Positions 26,939-36,610 are shown, numbered from the stretch's first letter. The stretch is DNA of 64,000 nt from Alistipes sp. (GCA_020026375.1 JAHHQN010000011.1:567-64566), one strand, 5' to 3'. Numbers and translations: made by a program. Notes: generated by a model not told the origin, from the letters alone.

Positions 26939-26946
26939 CAAATATA
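26939..26946 (-). promoter_or_regulatory. -7 box TATATTTG, candidate V-ATPase operon promoter
   Basis: The plus strand reads CAAATATA at 26939-26946, about 45 nt upstream of the subunit E ATG at 26894. Confidence 0.5.
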
Positions 26947-27100
26947 TAAATTTTTGGGATAAGAATAAAGAGTTGCGGAATCTTTTCTCATTTTAAACAT
27001 TTTGGTTCGCAAGTCAGACAAAAAGAAAGCCGACCCTCAATTTTATTTCACTCGCAACGCAACTCGCAACAAAAATAAGGATTATGTGTTTCAATATGGT

Positions 27101-27158
27101 TTCAAAACGAAAACAAGGTTATTCCCCCGACAATTTTGATTTCGTCGGGAGAATAACC
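27101..27158 (-). terminator. Long hairpin terminator downstream of the DUF4301-like gene
   Basis: 15-bp stem GGTTATTCTCCCGAC/GTCGGGGGAATAACC with one G-U pair (27117-27131 and 27144-27158). On the minus strand it is followed by TTGTTTTCGTTTTG. The plus-strand side is also T-rich. Confidence 0.6.
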
Positions 27159-27244
27159 TTTTCGTATCTTGAGACCGACACCTTCCCCTGTCGGGCAGCA
27201 GGTGCGGGACAAGGCGGGCGTTCATCGCTCTTCGCGGGTCGGGA

Positions 27245-28675
27245 CTACTGGTGCTGGGGGCGCAACAAATCCTGCACGACCTTCACCGGAGAGAAGGTCG
27301 ACACGGGAACGTCGACAAAGACGGTGTTCCACTTGGCCATGGCACCGTTCCACAGACCCGGCAGCTCCTGGGCGCGCAGCTCGCGGCCGCCCGACGACTT
27401 CGAGGAGATGAATCCCGTCGAGGGGTCGACATAGTCGCGCAGGTCGAACTTTCCGCCCTTGGAGTTCTTCACGCCGCAGACCAGATCCACGGGGTTGAAG
27501 TGGGTGGCCGAGGTCATCAGGTGCATGTCGTCGGGCGAAATCTGGCTCGACTCGGCAATCTGCAGCGACTCCGTGCCGTCGGGGTTGGCCACCCAGAAGG
27601 GGCCGCCGCCCGGCTCACCCTCGTTGCGCACCATGCCGCACACGCGAATGGGACGGTCGAGAATCGAACGCAGGAGTGCCGTGGTGTAGTTTTCGGGCAG
27701 TTTGACACACAGTTTGTTCGTGATGAAGTCGGCGACGGGTTCCAGCTCGGCACCCTCCACCTCCAGCGCACGCAGATACTCGAAGGCCTCGTCCTGCAAT
27801 GCAAGAAGCGTGCCTGCCAATACCTTTTTATATCGCACCGTATCGCCGCGCTGCGCGTCGGTGGTCACATTGTCGATGTTCTTGATGAAAATCACGTCGG
27901 CATCAATCTCATTGAGGTTCTCGATGAGTGCGCCGTGGCCTGCCGGACGGAACAGCAGCGAGCCGTCGTCCTGGCGGAAGGGGGTGTTGTCGGGATTGAC
28001 GGCGATGGTGTCGGTCGAGGGCTTCTGCACCGAGAACGAGATGTCGTAACGGATACCGAAGCGTTTTTCATAGACGGGGACCTTCGCCTCGAGCAGCGAC
28101 TTGAAGCCGTTGATGTGTTCGGGCGACACGGTGAAGTGGATTCGCGACACACCGTCGTGGGCGGCATAGGCGGCACCCTCCACCAGATGCTCCTCCACAG
28201 CCTTGCGGTTGCCGTCGGGATAGGCATGGAAGGTGACCAAACCCTTGGGGCAGAGTCCGTATCCGAGGCCCTCGCTCACGATGTGGCGCACCACCGTCTT
28301 GTCGTCGGCACCCTCGGGCAGCAGGGCTTTCAGCTCGTCCCAGAAGGCGAATTTATCGATATTCTCCAGCAGGGTGTCGATACCCTTGCCGCGTTTGTCC
28401 TCATTGACGAAAGCAAACAGCTCCTTGAACATGCGGGTGGCCGCTCCCGATGCCGGAACAAACTTGACCACCGACACTCCTTCGGCCTGCTCGTAGCGTT
28501 TGCGGGCCAGCTCCGCCTCGGCCTTGTCGAGTTGCAGCACGCCGTCGCCCGGTGAGGCGGCACGCACCACTTTAAGGTAAGGGAATCCCTTTCTGAAATT
28601 CTCCATTTGACGTTCTACGGTTTCCAAACAGAGCCCATGACCGGCAATCTGCTTTTCGTCGTCCTGTGTAAACAT
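27245..28675 (-). CDS. DUF4301-like protein (uncharacterised; possible nucleotidyltransferase-like fold)
   Basis: 476 aa. The N-terminus MFTQDDEKQIAGHGL...FRKGFPYLKVVRAA and KFVPASGAATRMFK match my memory of the Bacteroidota DUF4301 family. Confidence 0.65.
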   Translation of the reverse strand: MFTQDDEKQIAGHGLCLETVERQMENFRKGFPYLKVVRAASPGDGVLQLDKAEAELARKRYEQAEGVSVVKFVPASGAATRMFKELFAFVNEDKRGKGIDTLLENIDKFAFWDELKALLPEGADDKTVVRHIVSEGLGYGLCPKGLVTFHAYPDGNRKAVEEHLVEGAAYAAHDGVSRIHFTVSPEHINGFKSLLEAKVPVYEKRFGIRYDISFSVQKPSTDTIAVNPDNTPFRQDDGSLLFRPAGHGALIENLNEIDADVIFIKNIDNVTTDAQRGDTVRYKKVLAGTLLALQDEAFEYLRALEVEGAELEPVADFITNKLCVKLPENYTTALLRSILDRPIRVCGMVRNEGEPGGGPFWVANPDGTESLQIAESSQISPDDMHLMTSATHFNPVDLVCGVKNSKGGKFDLRDYVDPSTGFISSKSSGGRELRAQELPGLWNGAMAKWNTVFVDVPVSTFSPVKVVQDLLRPQHQ

Positions 28676-28717
28676 AATTCAGATTATTTAGTTTTTGTGT
28701 TAGTATCCAATTCTTTT

Positions 28718-28725
28718 CAAAGTTA
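28718..28725 (-). promoter_or_regulatory. -7 box TAACTTTG, candidate promoter of the DUF4301-like gene
   Basis: The plus strand reads CAAAGTTA at 28718-28725, about 43 nt upstream of the ATG at 28675. Confidence 0.45.
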
Positions 28726-28750
28726 GTAAAATATTTCCTAACTTTACACC

Positions 28751-29761
28751 ATGCTAAAGGAATTTCATCAAATAAATCTGTGCGACAGAAACAGTTTCCA
28801 TGTCGAACAGCGTGCCTCGCGACTCGCCGAGTTCGAGAACGAGGAGGACCTGCGTCAGCTTTTCAGCGACGGCATACCCCCCAAGTGGTATGTCCTGTCG
28901 GGCGGCAACAACATACTTTTCTCGAAGGACTATGAGGGACTGCTCATCACCCCCGTCTCGCGCCGCATCACCCAGCTCGACGACAACGGCACACAGGTGC
29001 GCCTGCGTGTCGATGCCGGTGTGGAGTGGGACGACCTGGTGGAGTGGGCCGTGGAGCGCCAGCTGTGGGGCATCGAGAACCTCTCGCTCATTCCCGGCAA
29101 GGCCGGAGCCGCTCCGGTGCAGAACATCGGCGCCTACGGCAGCGAGGCCAAAGACGCCATACGCAGTGTGACCATGTATGATGTGGAGTCGGACACCCTG
29201 CTCACGCTCGATGCCGCCCACTGCGAGTTCGGCTACCGCGAGAGCATCTTCAAGCACAGACTGAAGGGACGCGTCATCATCACCTCCATCGAGGTGGAAC
29301 TGTCGCGCACCCCCTCGCCACGACTCGACTACGGCGACGTGCGTCAGGAGGTCGAAGCTCGCGGCGGCGTCACTCTGCGCAATATCCGCGAAGCGGTGTG
29401 CGCCATACGCCGCCACAAGCTCCCCGACACGGCGGTGTTGGGCAATGCCGGCAGTTTCTTCAAGAACCCCATCGTCGACAAGACACTGGGCGAGCAGCTC
29501 AAGGCACAGTACCCCGACATGCCGCTCTATCCGGCCCACGACGACTCGAAATGCAAGCTGGCCGCCGGCTGGCTCATCGACCGCAGCGGACTCAAGGGCT
29601 TCCGCCGGGGAAATGTGGGGGTCCACGAACGCCAGGCCCTGGTGCTGGTCAACCACGGCGGCGCCACAGGCACCGAGGTCATCGCATTCGCCCGCATGGT
29701 GCAGGAAAAGGTAATGGAAACATTCGGCATCGCCATCGATACCGAAGTCAATATATTGTAA
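28751..29761 (+). CDS. murB: UDP-N-acetylenolpyruvoylglucosamine reductase
   Basis: 336 aa. FAD-binding GGNNILF and the C-terminal AGSFFKNP and AAGWLID motifs. Confidence 0.94.
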   Translation: MLKEFHQINLCDRNSFHVEQRASRLAEFENEEDLRQLFSDGIPPKWYVLSGGNNILFSKDYEGLLITPVSRRITQLDDNGTQVRLRVDAGVEWDDLVEWAVERQLWGIENLSLIPGKAGAAPVQNIGAYGSEAKDAIRSVTMYDVESDTLLTLDAAHCEFGYRESIFKHRLKGRVIITSIEVELSRTPSPRLDYGDVRQEVEARGGVTLRNIREAVCAIRRHKLPDTAVLGNAGSFFKNPIVDKTLGEQLKAQYPDMPLYPAHDDSKCKLAAGWLIDRSGLKGFRRGNVGVHERQALVLVNHGGATGTEVIAFARMVQEKVMETFGIAIDTEVNIL

Positions 29762-29766
29762 TCACG

Positions 29767-31116
29767 ATGAATACTTCGCTCACAGAGGCTTTCAAAAGAT
29801 ATATCGAGGATCACAACCTCGTGTCGCACAACGACAAGATACTGCTCACCGTATCGGGCGGTGTGGATTCCATGGTCATGCTGTCGCTTTTCACACGCTG
29901 CGGCTACAATGTGGGTGTGGCCCACTGCAACTTCCAGCTGCGCGGCGCGGAGAGCGATGAAGACGAGGTGCTGGTCGGCGAGCAGTGCCGCAAATACGGG
30001 GTGACGTGCTACAACCGCCGCTTCGACACCACGGGCGAGATGGAACGCACGGGCGAATCGATGGAGATGGCCGCCCGCCGCCTGCGCTACGCCTGGTTCG
30101 ACGACCTGTGCCGCCAGCACGGCTACACGGCCATCGCCGTGGCCCACCATGCCGACGACTCCATCGAGACCTTCTTCATCAACCTGCTGCGCGGCACGGG
30201 ACTGCGCGGCCTGACCGGCATATCGGTCCACAACGGCAAGGTGTTCCGTCCGCTGATGTTCGCCTCGCGCAAGGATATTCTCGAGTACGCCATACTCCAC
30301 CACCTGCCCTTCCGTGAGGACTCGTCGAACCGCTCGACCAAATACCTGCGCAACAAAATCCGTCTGGGACTGCTGCCGCGTATCCGCGAAATCAATTCCA
30401 AGTTCACGGGACTCATGCGCCGCAACATCGCCCGTCTGACCGACGCGCAGCTCTTCATCAACCACGGTATCGAGCGTATCCGCGAGGAGGCCGTCGACAT
30501 CGACGGCGACATCGAGACCATACGCCTCGAGAAAATCGACCCGGCCTTTCCGCGCAACTTCGTCATCTACGAGCTGCTCAGCTCGGCCTACGGCTTCAAG
30601 GGCGACGTGTGTGACTCGCTGTGCCACGCCATCGACACCTGCGCCACGGGCAAGAAATTCTACTCGCGCGACCGTGTGGCCTACGTCGACCGCAACACCA
30701 TCGTCGTGGCCCCCATTCCCACCGACGACATCTGTCTGTCGACGGTCGAGAGCGGCGCGGCACGCAGCTACTGCGGCAACTCGGCCCTCTACTACGAGTA
30801 TCTCGACATCGACACCATCAAGAACTTCGGCGTCCCCGAGAACATCGCCCAGCTCGACCTCGACAAACTCAGCTATCCGCTCACCCTCCGCCGCTGGCAG
30901 GAGGGCGACTGGTTCATACCCTTCGGCATGACCGGCCGCAAGAAGGTCAGCGACTTCCTGATCGACCACAAGGTCTCCGCCGCCGAGAAACAACGTCAGT
31001 TCGTGCTGTTGTCAGGCGACGACATCGTGTGGCTGGTGGGCCGCCGCATCGACGACCGCTACCGTCTGACCTCACAGACCGAGAACGTGTTGCGAATCAC
31101 CAAGGAAATCATATAG
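29767..31116 (+). CDS. tilS: tRNA(Ile)-lysidine synthase
   Basis: ATG at 29767 gives MNTSLTEAF..., with PP-loop SGGVDS. 449 aa. The track ORF from 29398 is an upstream open-frame artefact overlapping murB. Confidence 0.93.
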   Translation: MNTSLTEAFKRYIEDHNLVSHNDKILLTVSGGVDSMVMLSLFTRCGYNVGVAHCNFQLRGAESDEDEVLVGEQCRKYGVTCYNRRFDTTGEMERTGESMEMAARRLRYAWFDDLCRQHGYTAIAVAHHADDSIETFFINLLRGTGLRGLTGISVHNGKVFRPLMFASRKDILEYAILHHLPFREDSSNRSTKYLRNKIRLGLLPRIREINSKFTGLMRRNIARLTDAQLFINHGIERIREEAVDIDGDIETIRLEKIDPAFPRNFVIYELLSSAYGFKGDVCDSLCHAIDTCATGKKFYSRDRVAYVDRNTIVVAPIPTDDICLSTVESGAARSYCGNSALYYEYLDIDTIKNFGVPENIAQLDLDKLSYPLTLRRWQEGDWFIPFGMTGRKKVSDFLIDHKVSAAEKQRQFVLLSGDDIVWLVGRRIDDRYRLTSQTENVLRITKEII

Positions 31117-31119
31117 GCG

Positions 31120-32190
31120 ATGGCAAAAAGCACACTCAAATTCCGCGACTCGGTGGCCGAGTACGAACGCATCGCCACAGCCGTCAGGGAGCGCAAATTC
31201 TCGCCCCTCTACCTGCTCATGGGCGAGGAGAGCTACTTCATCGACTGCCTCTGCGACCTGCTCTCCGACTCCATACTCAACGAGGCGGAGCGCGCCTTCA
31301 ACCAGATCACGGTCTACGGCCGCGACACCGACTCGGGACAGGTCATCAACCTCTGCCGTCAGATGCCCATGATGGGTTCCTACCAGGTGGTCATCGTCAA
31401 GGAGGCACAGAAGCTCAAGGGACTCGACAAGCTCTCGCTCTACACCCAGAAACCCTCGCCGACCACCATTCTCGTATTGTGCCACAAGGAGAAGAACGCC
31501 GACAAACGCTCGGCCTTCTACAAGGGCTGCGCCGCCAACGGCACGGTGCTGGAGTCGGTGCGTCCGCGCGACTACGAGATTTCGGCCTGGCTCCAGCAGT
31601 TCATCACACGCCGCGGCTTCGCGATTGAGGCCAAGGCCCTCTCGATGCTCACCGACCATCTGGGAACCGACATCTCGAAGATTGCCAACGAGCTGGAGAA
31701 ACTGGTGGTGTCGATGCCCGAAGGACGCAAGAAAATCACCGACGGCGACATCGAGACCAACATCGGCATCTCCAAGGATTTCAACAACTTCGAGCTGTGT
31801 AACGCCGTGATGACCCGCGACATGGGACGCGCCCTGATGATTGCCGACCACTTCGCGCGCAATCCCAAGGACAATCCCCTGCTGCTGACCGTCATGGCCC
31901 TCTTCACCCAGTTCCGCGACGTGTTCGTGGTCAACTACCTGCGCTGGCAGGCCCGCCACGGCCGACGGGCGTTTCCCGACGACCGCGAGCTGATGCAGCT
32001 GCTCAAGAAGAACAACACCTTCGCCGTGGGCGAGGTGAAGAAGGTCTCCGCCAACTGGGACAACCGCAAGGTGTTCAACATTCTGGGACTTATCCGCGAG
32101 TACGATGCCAAGAGCAAGGGACTCGGCTCGGGAGGACTCTCCGACGGCGAGCTGCTGCGTGAACTGCTGCTTAAAATCTTCATGCTGTGA
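31120..32190 (+). CDS. holA: DNA polymerase III delta subunit
   Basis: 356 aa. Typical N-terminus (PLYLLMGEESYFID), length and domain order. Confidence 0.85.
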   Translation: MAKSTLKFRDSVAEYERIATAVRERKFSPLYLLMGEESYFIDCLCDLLSDSILNEAERAFNQITVYGRDTDSGQVINLCRQMPMMGSYQVVIVKEAQKLKGLDKLSLYTQKPSPTTILVLCHKEKNADKRSAFYKGCAANGTVLESVRPRDYEISAWLQQFITRRGFAIEAKALSMLTDHLGTDISKIANELEKLVVSMPEGRKKITDGDIETNIGISKDFNNFELCNAVMTRDMGRALMIADHFARNPKDNPLLLTVMALFTQFRDVFVVNYLRWQARHGRRAFPDDRELMQLLKKNNTFAVGEVKKVSANWDNRKVFNILGLIREYDAKSKGLGSGGLSDGELLRELLLKIFML

Positions 32191-32903
32191 TACCCACCCC
32201 CTACATCTACCAGACCCTCCAGTTCACGGCCGGCGAGCCGCGACTCACAGGCGCGCATCTGCTGGCTCTGGGCGAATGGGCCTCAAAACTCTTCGATGTG
32301 GACTACGCCCCCGAGCTGACGGAGTTCGAGGAGCGGGTGAAACGCGTCGTCGCCACGGAACGCTATCCCGACCGGCTATCGTCGTTCGTGCGTGTGGAGG
32401 TCGATGCCGAAGGCCGCGAACGCCTTCTTCCGGCCGGCATCTCGCTCTACAACGGCTACACGATGCGCAGCATCACCCCCTCGGCGGCCATCATACACTA
32501 CGACGTGCCGTTCTCCGACTTCCACACCTCGCTGCGCGAGTCGGCCGCACAGTTTGCCACCCTGCGTGCGCAACTGGCCGGTGCCGACATCGCCATACGC
32601 TCCAATGCCAAGGGCGAATGTGTGACGGCCGACAACTCGCCGCTCTTCGCCCTGCGCGGCAACATGGCGGCCACCTCGTCGACACGCGGCGACGTGGAGG
32701 CGGCCCTCACCCGCCACGCCATCGAGGCCGCCGGCCTGCAATTCATGGCCGAACCCCTTAACGAGGAGAACATCTTCGACTTCGACGAACTGTTCTACGT
32801 CGACCACCGCGGTGTGACCTCCATCGAGCGGTGCAACGGCCACATCTACATGTCGCTCAAGGCCGAACGCATCGCCTCCCACCTCGAACAATTCTTCAAA
32901 TAG
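32187..32903 (+). CDS. Aminotransferase class IV-like (PabC/Ilv-like fold) protein
   Basis: 238 aa with a GTG start overlapping the holA stop (GTGA). The pattern FVRVEVD...NSPLFALRGN...DELFYVDHRGVTSI resembles fold-type IV PLP enzymes. No catalytic lysine assignment was attempted. Confidence 0.5.
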   Translation: MIPTPYIYQTLQFTAGEPRLTGAHLLALGEWASKLFDVDYAPELTEFEERVKRVVATERYPDRLSSFVRVEVDAEGRERLLPAGISLYNGYTMRSITPSAAIIHYDVPFSDFHTSLRESAAQFATLRAQLAGADIAIRSNAKGECVTADNSPLFALRGNMAATSSTRGDVEAALTRHAIEAAGLQFMAEPLNEENIFDFDELFYVDHRGVTSIERCNGHIYMSLKAERIASHLEQFFK

Positions 32904-33043
32904 TCCCTCCTCCGCGGCTGCCCGCCGCCCCACGTGACGGCACAAATCCGCCATTCCGACCACCACACGCCTCCAAAACCGGGTATAAGTCAGCAGGTTG
33001 TAAAAATAGTGTTCAAAAAAGGAGGTGTTTTTCAATTTATTAT

Positions 33044-33051
33044 TATCTTTG
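33044..33051 (+). promoter_or_regulatory. -7 box TATCTTTG immediately upstream of coaD
   Basis: TATCTTTG at 33044-33051. Only 6 nt separate it from the coaD ATG at 33058. Confidence 0.5.
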
Positions 33052-33057
33052 CCCATT

Positions 33058-33528
33058 ATGGAAAGGACAGCAATTTTTCCCGGGTCGTTCGACCCCTTCA
33101 CCCGCGGACATGCCGCACTCGTCGAGGACGCACTCAAACTCTTCGACCGCATCATCATCGGCATCGGCAACAACACCGCCAAACACGGACTGCTGGCGGT
33201 GGAGAACCGCAAACGCCTCATTGAGGACATCTACCGCGACAACAACCGCGTGACGGCCGAAATCTACACGGGTCTGACCGGCGAATTTGCCGAGCAGAAG
33301 GGTGCCTGCGCCATCATTCGAGGAGTGAGAAACACCACCGACTTCGAGTATGAGCGCACCATGGAGGCCACCAACCACCGCATCTACCCCCAGCTGACCA
33401 CCGTCATGCTGTTCACCCCCTCGGCCGTGGCCGACATCTCGTCGTCGACCGTCAGAGAGGTACTCTCGTTCGGACGCTCGGTGGAGGAATTTCTGCCCGA
33501 AGGAATTGAAATAGACAAATACTTATAG
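33058..33528 (+). CDS. coaD: Phosphopantetheine adenylyltransferase
   Basis: MERTAIFPGSFDPFTRGH is the family N-terminus. 156 aa. The track start at 33025 is rejected. Confidence 0.94.
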   Translation: MERTAIFPGSFDPFTRGHAALVEDALKLFDRIIIGIGNNTAKHGLLAVENRKRLIEDIYRDNNRVTAEIYTGLTGEFAEQKGACAIIRGVRNTTDFEYERTMEATNHRIYPQLTTVMLFTPSAVADISSSTVREVLSFGRSVEEFLPEGIEIDKYL

Positions 33529-33531
33529 ATT

Positions 33532-34566
33532 ATGATGGAATTTACAGCCGAAATGATTGCCGGCTTTCTGGGCGGCGAAATAGTAGGTAACAAGGACGCT
33601 GCGGTTCACACCGTGTCGTCCATCGAGCAGGGCAAGGCCGGATCGCTGGCCTACCTGACCAACCTCAAATATGAGGAATTCATCTACACCACAGGTGCAA
33701 GCATAGTTTTGGTCAACAAGGACTTCACCCCCAAGCACGACATCGCCGCCACACTCATCAAGGTCGACGACGCCGCAGCCTGCATCGTGAAGCTGTTGCA
33801 GCTCTACAACGCCGCCAAACCCAAACGCAAGGGCATCAGCAAGCTCTCCTCCATCTCGGAGCAGGCTTCGGTGGGCGAGGATTGCTTCGTGGGCGACTTC
33901 ACCGTCATCGAGGACGGTGTGAAGGTGGGCCGCGAGTGCGAAATCTATCCGCAGGTCTACCTGGGCCGCGGTGTGGAAATCGGCGAAGGCACGAAAATCT
34001 ACCCCGGAGTGAAAATCTACGAGGGTTGCAAGGTGGGCAGCAACTGTATCCTCCACGCCGGTGTGGTCATCGGTGCCGACGGATTCGGCTTCATGCCCAA
34101 TGCCGAGGGCGGTTTCGACAAGATTCCCCAGCTGGGCAACGTCATCATCGAGGACAATGTGGAAATCGGCGCCAACACCTGCATCGACCGCGCCAAGACC
34201 GACTCGACCATCATTCGCCACGGCGTGAAGCTCGACAACCTGATTCAGATCGGCCACAATGTGGAGGTGGGTGCCAACACCGTATCGTCGGCACAGACCG
34301 GCATCGCCGGCACCTCGAAGGTGGGCAGCAACTGCTTCCTGGCCGGACAGGTGGGCATCGCCGACCATGTGACCGTCGGCAACAAGGTGATGATCGGCTC
34401 GAAGAGCGGTATCGACAAGAATGTACCCGACGGCGAAATCCGCTTCGGCTACCCCGCCCTGCCGGGCATCAAGTACCACCGTGCGGCGGCCGTGTTCAAG
34501 GACCTGCCCGACCTGTCACGCGAGGTGCGTGCCCTGCGTCGCGAAATCGAGGAGCTGAAGAAATAG
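33532..34566 (+). CDS. lpxD: UDP-3-O-acylglucosamine N-acyltransferase
   Basis: 344 aa. Long run of hexapeptide repeats and a C-terminal helix. Confidence 0.93.
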   Translation: MMEFTAEMIAGFLGGEIVGNKDAAVHTVSSIEQGKAGSLAYLTNLKYEEFIYTTGASIVLVNKDFTPKHDIAATLIKVDDAAACIVKLLQLYNAAKPKRKGISKLSSISEQASVGEDCFVGDFTVIEDGVKVGRECEIYPQVYLGRGVEIGEGTKIYPGVKIYEGCKVGSNCILHAGVVIGADGFGFMPNAEGGFDKIPQLGNVIIEDNVEIGANTCIDRAKTDSTIIRHGVKLDNLIQIGHNVEVGANTVSSAQTGIAGTSKVGSNCFLAGQVGIADHVTVGNKVMIGSKSGIDKNVPDGEIRFGYPALPGIKYHRAAAVFKDLPDLSREVRALRREIEELKK

Positions 34567-34616
34567 CCTTCAGCCGACAAGAGACTAGAAAATGTTTTTT
34601 TAAACCATCAAACACT

Positions 34617-35672
34617 ATGAAAAAGCTTCTTTACGTCGCATCGGCAGCCCTGATGGCCGCCTGCGGCAATCCCAACAGCTACACCATCAAAGGTAACGTC
34701 GAAGGTCTCGAAGGTACCATGTATATGATGGACGAGAGCCGCAATATCATCGACTCGGCCAAGGTCGAGAAGGGTCAGTTCAAGTTCAAGGGTGTGGCCG
34801 AGCAGCCCACCTATGTCACAGTATCCGACTCCAACGGCAAGACCCGCGGTTCGATGGGTGCGGCCGTCTACCTCGAGCCCGGACAAATCACCATCGTGAA
34901 GACCGAGGCCGAAAAGACGGCAAATGTGACCGGTACCAAAATCAACGATGCCAGCCATGCCTACGCCACTGCCGCCAAGACCCTCATCGACGAGTTCCGC
35001 AAGGCGGAGACCACCGACGAGCGTCGCGAGGAGCTGAACAAGGCCTACGAGAAGCTGACTCTTGAGGCCATCGACCAGAACAACGACAACCTCTTCGGTG
35101 TCAACCTGTTCATGAGCCAGGTCATGGGTCTCACCAATCAGGAGGCCAAGGCACTGATTGCCAAGTTCTCGGAGGCCATGCAGAACACCGAAGCCATCAA
35201 GGAGGTGAAGAAAATCATCGCCGCACGCGAGAAGACCGAGGTGGGACAGCCCTACATCAACATCGAGCAGCCCGACGAGGACGGCAAGATGATTTCGCTG
35301 CAGTCCGTCATCGAGAAGAAGGGCAACAAGTATGTACTGCTCGACTTCTGGGCATCGTGGTGCGGTCCCTGCATGGGCGAGGTTCCCTATCTGGTAGACA
35401 CCTACAAGGCTTTCCACAAGAAGGGATTTGAGATTTACGGCGTATCGCTCGACGACAACAAGGAGAAGTGGCAGGCTGCCGTCAAGGACAAGAAGATGAA
35501 GTGGATTCATGTCAGCGACCTCAACGCTTGGACCAACACCGCTGCCAGAACCTACTCGGTACAGAGCATTCCCTCGAACTACCTCATCGACTGCCAGAGC
35601 GGCAAGATTGTTGCCACCAACCTGCGCGGCGAGGAGCTGGGCGAGAAAATCAAGGAGCTGCTCGGCAAGTAA
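34617..35672 (+). CDS. TlpA/AhpC-like thiol-disulfide oxidoreductase lipoprotein
   Basis: ATG at 34617 gives MKKLLYVASAALMAAC (lipobox). Thioredoxin motif WASWCGPC. 351 aa. The track ORF from 33882 is an artefact. Confidence 0.9.
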   Translation: MKKLLYVASAALMAACGNPNSYTIKGNVEGLEGTMYMMDESRNIIDSAKVEKGQFKFKGVAEQPTYVTVSDSNGKTRGSMGAAVYLEPGQITIVKTEAEKTANVTGTKINDASHAYATAAKTLIDEFRKAETTDERREELNKAYEKLTLEAIDQNNDNLFGVNLFMSQVMGLTNQEAKALIAKFSEAMQNTEAIKEVKKIIAAREKTEVGQPYINIEQPDEDGKMISLQSVIEKKGNKYVLLDFWASWCGPCMGEVPYLVDTYKAFHKKGFEIYGVSLDDNKEKWQAAVKDKKMKWIHVSDLNAWTNTAARTYSVQSIPSNYLIDCQSGKIVATNLRGEELGEKIKELLGK

Positions 35673-35698
35673 CCGCCTGAGAAAGCGTCCGATATCAC

Positions 35699-35732
35699 GA
35701 ACCGTCTGCTTTTGCGGACGGTTCTTTTTTTT
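35699..35732 (+). terminator. Rho-independent terminator after the TlpA-like gene
   Basis: Stem GAACCGTC/GACGGTTC (35699-35706 and 35717-35724) followed by T8. Confidence 0.7.
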
Positions 35733-35762
35733 GCGGCCGCACCTCCGCGTCCATAAAATTCG

Positions 35763-35770
35763 TACCTTTG
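35763..35770 (+). promoter_or_regulatory. -7 box TACCTTTG, candidate ruvC promoter
   Basis: TACCTTTG at 35763-35770, about 45 nt upstream of the ATG at 35815. Confidence 0.5.
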
Positions 35771-35814
35771 CCCTGCCCTCCGCCGCTGACGGGGGCATTC
35801 ACAACACCTCAAAG

Positions 35815-36444
35815 ATGAGCAAAACCACAAACGACAACACCAAATACCGCATCATGGGCATCGACCCCGGCACCAACTACATGGGCTACGGCATTCTCGA
35901 AGTCGAGGGCAACACCCTCCGCTCGGTGGTGCTGGGCGACATCGACCTCCACCGCATGAAAGACCCCTACGAGAAGCTGCGCTACATCTACGAGCGCGTC
36001 AGTTCGCTCGTAGAGGAGTACCGACCGCAGGAGGCCGCCCTCGAGTCGCCGTTCTTCGGCGAGAATGTGCAGTCGATGCTCAAGTTGGGACGCGCGCAGG
36101 GTGTGGCCATGGCCGCCGCCCTGAGCCACGGACTCAAGGTCACGGAGTATGCCCCCATGCGCATCAAGCAGGCCATCACGGGACGCGGCTCGGCAGCCAA
36201 GGAGCAGGTGGCTTCGGTCATCTGTCGTCTGCTGACCATCGACCGTCCGCCCAAGCGGCTCGACGCCACCGACGGCATGGCGGTGGCACTGTGCCACTAC
36301 TTCTCGACATCGGGACCGCTCAACACCCTGCTGGGCAACGAACGTGTGAAGGGTCTGGGCGGCGAGTTGAAGAGTCTGTCGAAAAAAGGGTCGCAGAGCT
36401 GGGAGAAGTTCCTCCACGACAACCCCGACCGCGTCATCAAATAG
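35815..36444 (+). CDS. ruvC: Crossover junction endodeoxyribonuclease RuvC
   Basis: The core IMGIDPGTNYMGYGIL...ESPFFGENVQSMLKLGRAQG...ATDGMAVAL is present. 209 aa from the ATG at 35815. Confidence 0.92.
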   Translation: MSKTTNDNTKYRIMGIDPGTNYMGYGILEVEGNTLRSVVLGDIDLHRMKDPYEKLRYIYERVSSLVEEYRPQEAALESPFFGENVQSMLKLGRAQGVAMAAALSHGLKVTEYAPMRIKQAITGRGSAAKEQVASVICRLLTIDRPPKRLDATDGMAVALCHYFSTSGPLNTLLGNERVKGLGGELKSLSKKGSQSWEKFLHDNPDRVIK

Positions 36445-36560
36445 CACACGGAAGAGAAAGGGACGCACGAAAGGGCAAAATTTTTAATATTTATAATCCA
36501 CTATTACACAATCAAATAGCGGATAAAATAAAAATTCTTACAAAAATTTTGGCGCAAAAA

Positions 36561-36592
36561 TTTGCACAGAACAAAGAAATGCCCTATATTTG
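36561..36592 (+). promoter_or_regulatory. Bacteroides-type promoter of tRNA-Arg copy 1
   Basis: -33 TTTG at 36561-36564, a 20-nt spacer, then -7 TATATTTG at 36585-36592. It lies 18 nt upstream of the mature tRNA 5' end. Confidence 0.65.
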
Positions 36593-36610
36593 CACTCGCA
36601 ATCAACAAAT

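Noticed and set aside
29398-29766. N-terminal extension of the tilS ORF (track start 29398). Similar extensions occur at 33882-34616 (TlpA-like), 35509-35814 (ruvC), 48929-49123 (transporter), 59057-59185 (parB), 3051-3224, 33025-33057, 39479-39520, 41529-41609, 44801-44911, 48874-48942, 52115-52189, 57287-57292 and 58300-58344.
   Set aside because: The extensions overlap upstream genes, terminators or promoter boxes. Several begin with GTG or TTG rather than ATG. They also precede obvious family N-termini or signal peptides. The downstream ATG was chosen instead.
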